Assembly (NCBI RefSeq): GCF_052425735.1
Contig: NC_135759.1
Location: 16,182,001 to 16,246,000, forward strand
Direction of reading: 5' to 3'
From: Oculina patagonica
Taxonomy: Eukaryota
DNA: 64,000 bases
Below the pieces are notes generated by a model. The model saw only the letters and a list, made by a program, of their open reading frames with translations, had not been told where the DNA came from and searched no databases. Of this stretch, positions 14,093-26,600 are shown in pieces (the first letter of the stretch is position 1; every line of letters starts with the position of its first letter). The position numbers and the translations under genes are program-made.

Positions 14093-14197
14093 CTCTCAAT
14101 GCCTCTCTCAACTCAGGAGTACAAATGGATACCGGGAAGTTCTTCCGGCATCCTGACAAAATGCTAGGGTAACCTAGTATGGCTTATCATCCCATCT
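14093..14197 (+). mobile_element. Decayed SINE with Nin/Deu-type conserved core
   Basis: GCCTCTCTCAACTCAGGAGTACAAATGGATACCGG...TGCTAGGGTAACCT..ATGG..CATCCCATC resembles the Nin/Deu-domain consensus as recalled. Confidence 0.55.
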
Positions 14198-14282
14198 TTT
14201 TCCTTTTTGATCATAGTTTTTCAGATCACCCACCAAACTTCCTTTAATTAACTTTTAGATTTTTTTGCACGATAATCCTAAT

Positions 14283-14660
14283 AGGGAAATCCTTGTTTAC
14301 AAGATTTGCTTCATCATAGCATAAGCGCTACAGTTTCTGATCGAGCTACAAAAATATCAATTCTGAATATATTGAAAGAACATGGCACGATAAGAATTCG
14401 CTATAAATTTGAGCCCGATGTACAGTATTTAATACTTTTCTGTGATGCGAGTTTGAGAACTCAAAATTTTAAAAAGAATATATGGGCTCATTAGTGCTTT
14501 TCCCACTCAGAAATTTTGCAACTTTTTAACGCTCATATTCCCTTCAATGTTACACTCAAAGAACTGAAACTTTCGCTTATAATGAAGTTTCACAAGCTCT
14601 ACGCAAAATCGTATGCTAATGAAGCAAAATGTAAATAATAACGTCAGCAAGGAGTCCCCT
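14283..14660. mobile_element. Degenerate Harbinger-like MITE
   Basis: AGGGAAATCCTTGTTTAC / GTCAGCAAGGAGTCCCCT imperfect TIRs. Confidence 0.5.
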
Positions 14661-14667
14661 ACACCAA

Positions 14668-14979
14668 TTTATACCATGCCATAGAAAATACAGCCAATCA
14701 GAATACAGGAAAGCCGTTGTATATTCGACGGTATTCAACCCAACCTTCCCATCATGCGCTGCGAATTGTATTCTCGACGAAATTTAGTAAGCGTATTTTC
14801 TATGGCATGGTATAAAATAGTTATACAACACTTTCTCGTGGTATACTATGGAATATCCCACTTGTCACTTGTATTTTCTTGGTATACACACTCGCCTAAA
14901 GGCTCGTGTGTATACCGATAAAATACAAGTGACTCGTGGGATATTCCATAGTATACCACTCGAAAGCGTTGCATAACTA
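14668..14979. repeat. Double-hairpin interspersed repeat (two adjacent inverted repeats)
   Basis: TATACCATGCCATAGAAAATAC/GTATTTTCTATGGCATGGTATA, followed by a ~75-bp-arm hairpin around CTCGCCTAAAGGCTCG. Confidence 0.75.
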
Positions 14980-16542
14980 GTATTTATTTTATTTCGCAAC
15001 CTCAAAAAATATTCTACATGGAAACTATTGTATTATATTATCCACGAAAGGTTGATCATATGTAAAAAGACGACGCAACAGTTTTGTTGCAAGTTGACGC
15101 TGTTTCTAAAAGTGACCGATTCACTTTTAGAAACACAGCTATTATGAAGCTAACATTGACTTCTAGGCATTCAAAGATATACAGCTTAATATTCAGGAAA
15201 ATGCCTCTCAGTCATTCAATTTAATATGCTGAATGCATTATTTATCTATCTAAATAACCGACATTCGCACATTTTGCGAACAAGTAAGAATTTAAACTTT
15301 GGGTATAATGGAATACTCAGGATAACGAATATTCGTGTACAGTTTGAAATAACGAGCACAATCACGCGGGAATTGTGCGACGCAAATTATTGACATACCG
15401 TATGTACTTAAAGTTAAAATCGTATCAGTAACAAAGTTCGAGGAAAACAAAACTCTAGGGCTAACTCTTTGGGGTTTTATATGTTCTTCAAAACGATAAA
15501 TCCATTAAAAAAAATGACGCATTACAATCGGGTTCACTATTGTATACTCCAAGAACCAATTCCGAAAAATTGTCATTGACATGTGTAAACTGGAATGAAT
15601 ATGCACACTTATAAAACTGCAATGTCATTTTTTCTAGTTTCTATCTTAGCTCTTTTATACCAAGACTGATTTCTACAAACAGTTCAAATGTTTTTCTTCA
15701 AGCAACAGTCTAAAGATGGCCTTATAATGTTTACAGAGAATATCGAAAGCTCGTATAGTCTTAGCTTGTAGGAAAAATGTCAAACTGTTCGTAGACCAGG
15801 AACGACAATTGGAGTACACGCCCTCTTTAGGAGGTCGTGTCTTCGAGCTACTTTGTACATATTATATATATAACTGCTATTTAAACACGTTAAACCTTTT
15901 GCTTTGGAAAATTAATTTTTTTTATCCCTGTAATTATTTGTAAAGTTCGACTGGACTTGTCTTGTACAGTTATGTTTTATATTTGAGCCATTATCTTGTG
16001 AACTATGGATACTATGAGGCACGAAATTTCCATATACAGTTACTTTCGTTAGTAATCTGTTTATACTGTAAATAACTTATTTATATTCCTATACTCACTT
16101 ATTGTAAATACACGTGAATTCAAACAATTGTGCATATAATTACAACTTATACTATACAAGCGTTGCTTTATATATCTGCGTAAGAGATAAATCCGAAAAC
16201 TGTTGAATATATTAGGGGGGTGGGTCTTTTTTTTTCACATTATAGATGCATTAGTATGTAGATATCGACGTTTTCTGAACGATATCGAAATGACGTAAGT
16301 TTTGTTATAGTCTATACGACAATATGTAACCTCAATACTGTATCAGTAAAATCAGCGTAACTTTAAATTAAGTCCAATGTTGTATGATTAATATATTTAT
16401 GATATTACAAATGGAATGATCATGTAATTGCAAGCTAATTTTATTTGATAGCATTCTTATGCTAAAATATTTAAAGGAACATTTACCCATGTCAGTTCTG
16501 TACATATCAATATATCCAGTTACTGTTCAGATGTTTATCTAG

Positions 16543-16548
16543 AATAAA
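16543..16548 (+). terminator. Candidate polyadenylation signal for the MMP (~3-kb 3' UTR)
   Basis: AATAAA followed ~25-50 nt later by a GT-rich tract, at the end of an AU-rich region. Confidence 0.45.
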
Positions 16549-17504
16549 TTCAAAACGAAAAAGTTCAAACGTTGTCTAGTGTGATTGTTGATTGTAGCTG
16601 CACGTTTCTTGAGGTTTTCTTTCTTTTTACAATATACAAGTGCAAAAAATCTCCAAATAGCTTACTATTGTAGTCTCTTTTGCAGTCGGTCGGTCTTTGG
16701 GTTGTCATGCAACTTGGCATTATTCAGAAGCGGCGGAGCGTTTTGAAAAAAAGGGGCGGGGGAGAGGCATCGTACTCCAAGACAAGCACATGTCTTGGAG
16801 TTGTTCTTTATACGTCAAATGACAGAAAATGTACGCTCTGGTGTCGCCGATGCCTGTCAAATACAATATTAACAGGCTGCGGACCTCTCCCAGTAGCGGT
16901 TTTGGGAAAGGAGTTTTGTTGAAAGTTCTACACCATATTTTCCCGCAAGTACGATCCTGATAAAACAATTGTGTCTTGACAAACCAATTTTATGCTGCAC
17001 TGGCGATACTTTCGGCACTGAAATGTGGGGGGTTGGGGGGCTGAGCCTCTTCACATTTTTGTTTGGGAGGGGGGCTAGAGCCCCTTTGCTCCCCGCCCCC
17101 TGCTCCGCCGCCTATGATTATGTAGCGCGACAAAGAAGAGACGCACTTCCAGATCAAACTGCCTTACTCTTTACACTCAAATCAAACAAAAAGGGATAAA
17201 ATATTAAGGCGAAAAACGTATAAACTACCACGCCCCTTTTACGTCAGAGATGAACGTCCTCTCCCTTTTTCCCTTGAGTGCCCCCATTCAATATTTTGTC
17301 ACCTTGACGATTTCACAAAACTTTTCACTTACTAAAAAGGTGGTCGATAACGGTTTTCAGCATTTTCCAGTCCTTATACTTTGAAGGGTCAGTACTACAA
17401 CTCTTTATCATTTGCTATTACAGTAATTGTATGAAACAAATGCCCAAGGTCGACAAGTTGTGATAACTTTCTTGACATTAGTGGTTACCATAGCAACAAC
17501 ATTT

Positions 17505-17541
17505 AACAATTAGACTACGAGCCCAAGTTTTCTATGAGCAA

Positions 17542-17577
<36 letters not shown>

Positions 17578-17797
17578 ATAGAAAACGAGGGCGAGTAGTA
17601 TAATTGTTTTAGTAGAAACTCTAAAGGATTGCAGCCCAAAACCTACAATATTGTGCACTTTAAAGACGAAAATAAAGAAAATCTACCGCTTAAAGAGCTA
17701 CGCGCGCGCGACTGTTTTCTATCGGCGAATAGAAAACAGTGGGAGAACCAATCAGATTTGCGGATTTCCAATAGAACACAGCTGAGTTTCTACTAAT
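17505..17797. repeat. Double-hairpin interspersed repeat of similar architecture, opposite order
   Basis: Hairpin around GAGGCGCAGCCGAG, then AGTAGAAACTC...GAGTTTCTACT with an internal CCAATCAG. Confidence 0.65.
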
Positions 17798-18464
17798 ACC
17801 TGTTAGAAAACACCCTTAAGTTTAGCTTTCAGTGTTAAAAACGCACAAATGAGCTTTGTAACCCCCATTTTTGTTATCGAGTTATGATCAGCATGTCATG
17901 ATACAACTTTTGTATCAGAAGGGTTCTGAGCCATCTTTATATTTTGTAATCTGTTTATTAGCAGAGCAACGGTCTTTTATTGGCAAAATCACCGCCACAT
18001 AACAAACAAGGATGATTTCTCCGAGCATTATAAATGACACTTGCATACAAATTGAGGCTAGCGTCCGTGTTGCTCGCGCGTTTCCTCCCTCGCGAACGTT
18101 CTATATACATGTAGGCTAAGCTCTGGGTAAAGTTTAAGAAAGTCTCAACCTGAAGATTTACGACAAGAAAGATGCAGATTCTCTTTAAATTATAATAGGT
18201 ACCGGGTAGTAACGCTATAGACCAACTGAAAGATATCTACTGACCTAAACTTATTTTTTCCTGATCAAAGCGGATGGGAGTAAGATTAATATTACTGTTG
18301 GTATTGGAGAGTGTACAATGTCTGGATATGCTGATGTTCGATTGAAAATTACTGCATGCATTTCAAAAAGTTGGTCTTGACATTATCCATAAGGAACAGA
18401 ATAAGTCGAACGCGAAAAATACATTAAGTGTAGAGGAAAGTCGTCCGCAGTAGCATTATTAAGT

Positions 18465-21400
18465 TCACATCGTCCTTTCGTCTTTCTGACGCTCTGATTT
18501 GTAATTGATCGTTTTACATGCCGGGTTATTAATACAAAGCAGAGCGCAATGAATCAGAGATGGCGTCATCTTTGTGTAGATCACGTGATTGACGAGGGCT
18601 TTCTGCTCGTAACTAATGAAGGACTGCTCTTTGCTCATCGCACTGCTGTCTATAGAGGACAAAAAAGGAGGAGCGGTTAAAATTTTGCGTGAAGGGTATA
18701 TACCAAAAGTGAGACTAAGCGGGGGAGTATTTGAAAATGTCCTTGGAATGGAGGAAAGTTGCTCACTTGAATGCCAAAAAGATGCTAAAAAAATTGCCAA
18801 AAAACCAAAAGGGTAAAAATTTAATTTCTAGAGTTTTTCTAAATTAACGTTTCTTACAATCTGATTGCTATCACGGTCAGATAAAATAGCTTAGTTAAGA
18901 GCTGCTCACAAACACGAGTGAAATTTAAGGATACTAAGAAACGAAAAAAGGAAAGTGACAGGTTACGTGTTTAGAAAGGTTGATAAACATTCAAGAAATT
19001 CGCATAAATTGAAGTTTCCTCTATGCAATCGTTGACTTTTTCGTACTCTTGTTCGTACTTGATACAGAACCCCGATATAACGATCTTCGATATAACGATA
19101 TTCCCGACTATAACGATGAATATGTTATGTCCCGGAATAGTCAAATGTATGGGACGGGACCCCGATAGAACGATTCCTCGGTATAACGATATAGTTTTAC
19201 TGCCCCCTTGCTCTATATCGTTATTATCGGGGTTCCTCCGTATTTGTTCTAAACCTACATTTGCTCAGAAGGGCAAAACTTGCTCGAGTTTGCTAGAATC
19301 GATCAAGTTGCTCAAAGGTTGCCGAGCTACAACCGGGACAAGCCTTGATGTAGAAGGGATATTAGGGAAAATGGGATCTCGTGGGATAGGGATAGGATTT
19401 GTGCACTTGGTGTCGCTTTGATTAAGGAGTGAATTAACATTAAATTACCTTTCCCCTGCGAGGGCTGCGCGTTTGTGAATTTACACACGTACTTGTACCA
19501 CATGATACACGGCGTGTCATTCCACTTGCCAGTCGATCCTAAAAGAATCACACAGTCACCTATGCCAAAGTCATCATTCGGTTCGCCAGCTTCCCAGTTC
19601 ACATAGGTAGCAGTGCTACTATCGACCCACACGAACATTCCCTCGACATCACTGTCGGTAAGGCCGACGAAAACATCTTTGCCTCCGGTCAGAGTTCGGA
19701 CAAATTCGTTTTCTTGGGCGCTGTGGATTGACACTAGGTTCGCGCTGTCGTTTTTACAAGAAGCTAAAGCAACCGAGAACTCTTTTAGCTCGTCGAAAAA
19801 TTTGTAGCAGGCTTCATTCCATTCTTGCCATCCTGCTTTACACTGTATTGAATTGCAGCCCCAAGAGAATCCAAGAACTGAAAAAGAAAGGAAACTAAAG
19901 GAAAGAATGGACCTCCAAGATGGACGCTACTGAAGATACTTTCGCTAAATTGCTTTCTTCAAATCATTGTACATATAGAAGGAAAACATCTAGCTGTAAA
20001 AAAGTAGAAAGTATTTTCTCTTCATGTCTGGAAAACAATATCTGTTACCTTTCACGAAAGCGGCGCAAGAAAAGCAAGATTATGTTGTAATTTGGCGCAC
20101 GCGTTTTTCCGAGATTAGAGACATTAATTTATCAGAGAAAAAAGTTATTTAATAAATACTTTCTTGAACTATCTCGTTTCACATTATTGCGTAAAGTTCA
20201 CGTTGAGGTTATTTGTTTCAAGTGTACTGACCGAGCAGGCTCTTTCAATAAACTTGCAAAAAAATAAAAAAATAAAAGCTCATATAAGCCTCTATCACCC
20301 CCCCCCCTCCCACCCCACGCTAGTTCAAAATTAAAATTGTCCACGATTTTTCCATCTCTGAAAATCTTACCTCTTCGACATACCCAGCTATTTGTTTTCC
20401 TGGTGAACAGCCTTACGTTACGAATAGCTGCTAAAGACCCCGGGCTAAAGGCCTATTGTAGTAAACATATTGTGGAAAACGGAGCGGCTAGACTCTAAAA
20501 TGGCATTGATCGCATGATGTGCACTAAGCCTGCGCTTTAAATTAAGCAATGTCAGTTTGAACGGGCCGACTCTGTCAATTCCTGTATTCGAGTAAAAAAC
20601 TAAAAATCGTTTTAAATTCTTGTCGGCGATCACGTTTTATTTGACTTCCTGAAATCTTATTAAGGCGAGGAGAAAATAATAACAATGACAATAACTTCAA
20701 CACGGGTAAATCATTATCAGTCAAATTTAAATATTTTCAAGGTTTACCTAGTCGGCTAGACCAATATGTTTTTGGCGATACATCACTGATCCCAATTCAA
20801 GCGGGAAAAAAAATCAAAAGTTTAATCTTTCACATCGTAGAAAACTTGAACTCAATTTAAACTGCGTTTTCACGCGTCACTGAAATATTGTAAAAAATTA
20901 AGCAAAATGTCATAAGAGTGTTTGATGAAAATCAGAATTTGTTTTTCGGTAACAGGTGAAAGCTGTTTTTAGAAACCATTTAAAATGTCTCCGGGCAAAT
21001 TAAGAAAACCATTTCAAGGCAAAGACTTTGTCACTTTGTGGGATCATTTAACACTGAAAACGATCAAGCATTTTTTAAATGTTGTGCAATTTTAGTGCCC
21101 TGGTGCTACAAAAATCAGTCGCAGATTTTTTGTGTAAAACAATTAATGCCATTTCTCCCTTAACGACACAGATTATTCCAAATCACTCACATTGCGCTCG
21201 AGTATTGAGATAAGTACTCAAAATCGTTTTGTGAAGAAACGACCTCTCTTTGTTATAATTCATTCATGAGAAGATTCACGCACTTCAAAAGTGCGCAATA
21301 CAATTGAATCTGAACTCAGTCACAATATTTAACATCCTTGGCTGTGAATGATGTCTTTTTATTTTGGAGTTATCTTTATTTTATCTTTAAGCTAGAAAAT

Positions 21401-22173
21401 CGCCTTGCCGTGAGAATAATTAAAAAGTTAAAATGCACAAATAACAAAAATGTCTAATTATTTTCAGAGCAGGAGATTATTTTCCGGAAGAAGTAAGTCA
21501 AACGTTTACCGAGATGAAAAGAAACCCTCGAGAAGTTTTGCTACAGTGTAGCAAATGATATCGTCTGAATATACCTAGAAAATGGGAAATGAGTTGAGTT
21601 TGATTTAAAGAAGATTTTGGTAACAGTAGTGAACGTTTCTCCTTGCTTATGGCCGAGAAAAATCTTTTGAACAACTTCGTTTGGCGTCGATTTAAGCAGG
21701 TGTTTGTTTAAGAAAGAAATTGGTTTCCGCAATTTTACTGCGCTTCTCATCAAAGGAGACAAAATGTTGTTCAATTTTTCTCTCGAGTACACTATTCCTT
21801 TAGTCTAAGATAAATCTAGCATGTAGCTTCGAATATTATTTGTATTATCTTAACTTAATTGCTTCTTACGAAACTAGTTACCACATTGTTGTTGTAGTCG
21901 TAACAAATCATTTCTTAAGAAATAGCATTAAACTCCGGCAATCCCTTCTAAACTTTTCTATGGTGTTTAGCCGCCTTGTCTAAAACGCAAGTTATATTTT
22001 TACAGCAGACATTTTAAATGATACTATTCTTAAGTAGGGAGAACATATAATTTCAAACAATCGAAAATGGAGGATGTTTAAAAGCCAGAATGCAATGATA
22101 AAAGGCAATAACAAAAATTCTTACTTGCAATGGCAAGACGAACCACTAAAATTGACCATGACCGCCCAGTCAT
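18465..22173 (-). CDS. Secreted C-type lectin (EPN/WND) + PAN/Apple-like domain protein; exons 22173-22125, 19877-19449, 18649-18465 (frameshift near 18477; the shifted frame ends at 18383)
   Basis: Signal peptide MTGRSWSILVVRLAIAILGFSWG; CTLD CKAGW..CYKF..C..NLVSIHS..VGLTD..EG.F.W..NW..GEPND..DCV..GKWNDTPC..YVCK; last exon ALVNHVI..IHCALLCINNPACKTINY, then CELNNAT in the +1 frame. Phase-1 GT-AG introns fit. Confidence 0.85.
19065..19240. mobile_element. Second copy of the 11412-11587 MITE family
   Basis: Near-identical internal sequence, slightly degraded TIRs, TA flanks. Confidence 0.85.
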
Positions 22174-23039
22174 CCTTCCTCAAGGAATGACCTTCGCCCC
22201 AAATTGACCAACTCTGATCATTTCAAACTGAAAAAAAAAATCGTCCAGCTTAATCTGCAGGCTGAATTAAATTTACAAAGGCGCCGCGTACATTTGAAAC
22301 TGAAATGTCAAATATATTTTTCAAGTACCCGCTGTCGGAACATATTACAACGTTACTATTAACACAACACTTGAAAGAGCTGACGTCAATGACTTGTAAT
22401 TGTAATCTCTTCTTCTTTTTTTTCATTTTCCCGAATCCCATTTCCCGAATCACAATTTGCTTGAATTACTGAAGACAGATCTTGAAATTTAAAGAGTTAG
22501 TATTGGGATTTTGAACTCTAAAGACGATTTGTCGTGAACTTCTTCTACACGTGTAAGTAAAGTAATAAGTGCTAGGCAATTAAGCGGAGAATTCCAATAT
22601 CTTGTAATAAAAATATAACGCTATTAAAGAGGAGATTAGATAAATGTCCTAAGCATATTAAGGAAGGAGAGAGAGAGAAGCGATGTGGAGCGTACTGCTG
22701 AAAACTATACTATTAAAGTAAAGTCAGGTGCCCATTCACTCCTAGTCAAAGTATAATAAAAAAAGATTATAGGTTCCTACCTTCGAACCATATATTTGCC
22801 ATTTCTGTATGGCTTCAAAATTAAAATTTTCATTCTTGATCTTCTTTTAAAACAAAATGTTTACTATTTAACTTATAATCCAGTAATCGCAACAGGCAAA
22901 AGGAAATGCGGAGGAATGGTTCATTGTTTGGGGAGCTTATGTTCAGCGGCCGCTTCAGCCACGCCCAGTACAGCGGAACCGCATCTTATGAAGTACCGCG
23001 GCCTGCTAATGAAAAGAGGGATAAACAATGTCCGTTTTT

Positions 23040-23225
23040 ATACTATAGACGTGTTACCCGTCTAGACGAGCTTCTTTTCGTCTTGAAAGACAGATAACGA
23101 AAGGAAGCTCGTCTAGACGCGTAACGCGTCTTGTGCCCCGGCGTCTTTATACTAGAGACGCGTAACCAGACGAACAACGATTTTTTTTGCGAAGCTCGTC
23201 CAGACGGGTAACACGTCTTTAGTAT
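23040..23225. repeat. Foldback repeat upstream of TTC33
   Basis: ATACTATAGACGTGTTACCCGTCTAGACGAGCTTC / GAAGCTCGTCCAGACGGGTAACACGTCTTTAGTAT, plus an internal third arm. Confidence 0.75.
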
Positions 23226-23618
23226 AAAAACGGCCAATTTGTGAAATGACGTCGCCTTTATAAATTTTTTGTTCATATAACGAGCGTTCCGATTGGCCTT
23301 GTAGTCGGTTCGCGTGAGGATAGGCTATATAAATACGGCTGGGCCGGGCGTACCTTTTATTTTGCACTTGTTGTCTTTATTGAGTTTTAGAAAAGAAAAA
23401 GAAAATGGCGCACCTGTTTTAAAAAGCTTGCTGCAAACACTCGAGAAAGTTTGGGAGAATTTGATGGTAATAACTTGAGTAAATCCGGAAAAAATGAAAC
23501 CTCGAAACTGTTTTCGTTAGGAGAACGGCGGCAAATTTTTGCGATGGACAACATGACGTATAAATCCGGTTGCGTTTGGATACGCTGGCCAGCTGATACT
23601 GCTTTCTCATAAATAAAG

Positions 23619-26600
23619 ATGGCGACCAGTTTTGGCTGGAAGAGAAAATTACCTCAAAATGTAGCTCGCAAAAGGGCTGCTGTATTTGATGAAAGCAATC
23701 AGAAACCCGATGAAAGTGAAGATGAACCGTTTGAATTGGACTGGCGAGTTCTTTTAGTTAAAAGAGGAGCCCTGAGCATCGAAGACAAGGTTGTTAAAAG
23801 CAAGAGACTTGAGGACGAAGGAGTTTCTCTCGCTGAACAACAAAGGTAGAATTCCTTTGAAATCTTTTGTTAGTTGAACAGTAAAAGTTCTCTATTAAGT
23901 CCCCTTCTCTTTTAAGCCCCCCTCTCTACCAGGTACCCCTGGTCAGAAAGTTTAATACCCCCCGGCTAATTTATTAAGCCCCTCCACCCTTCCCTAGATG
24001 GTAAATCATGGCAATTTATAGCAAGGAAACAAGGCAAATTTACTTTATTTATCGACTGCATTTACTTGTCATTGTTGCTATTTTTTGAAAATGTGTTATC
24101 AAACAGCAATAAAACATGAAAAAGTCTGATTTATTTCTTTAAAGTGCAGCCTGACTGACATTAAATATAATATATAAAGCCCCCTTAAAACTACCCCCTT
24201 CAAAAGGCCACAAAGAATATTTTTTGGGGCGGAGGGAAGGGGGGGGGGTACTTAATAGGGCTTTTATTGTATTCTCTGTATTTCCCATCTGCCTGTACAA
24301 CTAAAGAATTTAAATCTCTTTGTAATGCCTACAGGTACTGGGAGGCAATCACAAGGTGGAATGAGGCAATATCTTTGACACCAAATAATGAGAAGCTTTA
24401 TGAAATGAAATCACAGGTATACAAAAAAATTAATAATACCTGCACCTCAGGTCACATATTTTGGTCCCTTGTTCCCCCCTGGGGTGGGGGGACACTCCCC
24501 CAAAATCCCTATATGTCATTTTGTGCCACTCGATGGGGTTGTGATTTTGGGACTCTTGGTCTAGAACAAAGTACCGTAGAATTCCGGTTATAAGCCCTGG
24601 GCTTATACAACTTCGTAAGAGGTTTTGGGTGGGCTTATAAGTGGAGGGGCTTATATTCGGGAGGGCTTATAAGTGGAATGAAAAAATCGTTTCGAAAAGA
24701 GCCACGGGAGTGTTGATCGAAATACCTTTTTTAAGTTAAAAATGCATAATAAAGCAACATTTAGCCCTGTTCAGTGCTGTCATCCGGTAGAGGGGGGCTT
24801 ATATCCGGGGGGGCTTATAATCAGATGTATTTTTTTGTTTCGAGATAGATGGGCCTATAACCGGGGGGGGGGGGGGGCTTATAACCGGAATTTTACGGTA
24901 TCTACAGTGCTCGACACTAACGCTAGTACACTAGCCCAGGACAAGTAAAATTTCATGCTTGGCTAGTAAAAGTACTTTCCTACTAGCCCATAGACTAGTA
25001 AATTCGTGGAAAAATAAATCAACTACAACTCTATAACTTGGGAAGTTTTTCTCCCAGAAACCTTCATCAGGATCTAGTTTCCATAGCTTGAGTAATTTAA
25101 ACCAGAGCGCTTGCGACCCACATCGCATACGGATTTATATCGTACGATCAACTCGCAAACCTGACGCCATCTTGGAAAAGACCCTCTGTCCTCGCTTCCA
25201 TGACACCCAAAAGGGACCTGGGAGAGAGCCATAATAAGTCGGCCATCTTGGGGTTTTCGCGCGAGCGACCGCGCGAGCATGATTTCAAGCTTTTGTAACA
25301 CTTTACCTACAAGAAAACCGCCTTCAAGGGCCGATAATCGTGAGCCAGATTTACATTGTTCACCAGAGGACCACACACAGCATGAAGAGAAAAAGAAGTG
25401 TGATCCACGGTCAAGAAATTCTTAACCGAGTTGGATGATAGCATCGTTGCTGCGTCTCAGTGAAGGAAAGATGTACTTGTGTGGACTCAAACAAATATAG
25501 TGCTAAGAGATTAGCTGATTCAAAGTTGGCTGTTTTTATTTTTTTTTTTAGAGGGGGGGGGGGGTGGGGCTAGTGACTTGTCCTTGTGGGCTAGTGATTA
25601 TTTGTACCTACTAGCCAATTGCCTAGTATCCAAAAAAGTTAGTCTCGAGCACTGATCTATTTTAGGGATTTTTCCTAGAAATAGGGTATAATATTTCGAA
25701 TGCATGAAAGTTTCAAATTTTCAGCAGCCATTTGAAATAATTATTATTCATAGAGAGTTTGCTTAACAAAATATGTTAACAAACAAACTGTTGCACCCCG
25801 TTTTGTAGGCAGTAGCCTACCGTTTAATAGATTGACCTATTTCTTATGCCCTTGATTTAATTACAAATTAGATAATTTAGGATAAAAAAGTAAACTTAAC
25901 AAAGGAGAGGAAAAAGTATGAATTAGTTAGTACTGAGCAAAATAAAACTGGTAAAGCGCTTTTTTAAAATGTTTTCCAGTGGGCATGTTAAATATAGATA
26001 GAGGAAGGTCATTCCAATAGTAGCATCCAATAACAGTGTGGCAAAATTTCCTTATATTTATTCTGCCAAAACCGGGATTTTTACTGTTGTAAGGTGCACG
26101 TTGAGTAACATAGTTCTTCTTAAAAAATTAATAATGTCGATGTGACATCTGTAAAAGGACATCCTTGGGTTGTCTTGGTGTTAAGGATTACAGTATCTTA
26201 AGAAAAAAGGTACATAGTATAGACTGAGGTGTCAAGTTATCAACAGATCGTCCATTATAATAATTTCTTTAACTGCATTATTTTATCATCTAGACACTAC
26301 TGGAGCTACATGAGTTATTTCCTGCTATACAAGCAGCAGAACAAGCTGTTTCACTGAATCCCCGTTGGTATGTTGCTCATCAAACCCTTGGACGTGCACA
26401 GATGGGGTATGGTGATGTTGAAATGGCAAGTATTTCTTCTTAGTTTTTGTTTTAAACACAAAAACAGAGAATTGACACAAAAGTAAATACCTAGCCTGTG
26501 TACATTGAGGGGAGGGGTGGATGTACATGAAACAAAAGAGATTTAAATGATCAATAAACAGTTAATGCTTAATATATCTGTACACTATACAGTCCTTAAA

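Noticed and set aside
18465-18467. Selenocysteine or readthrough at the lectin TGA
   Set aside because: An in-frame TAA follows one codon later; the conserved continuation lies in another frame.
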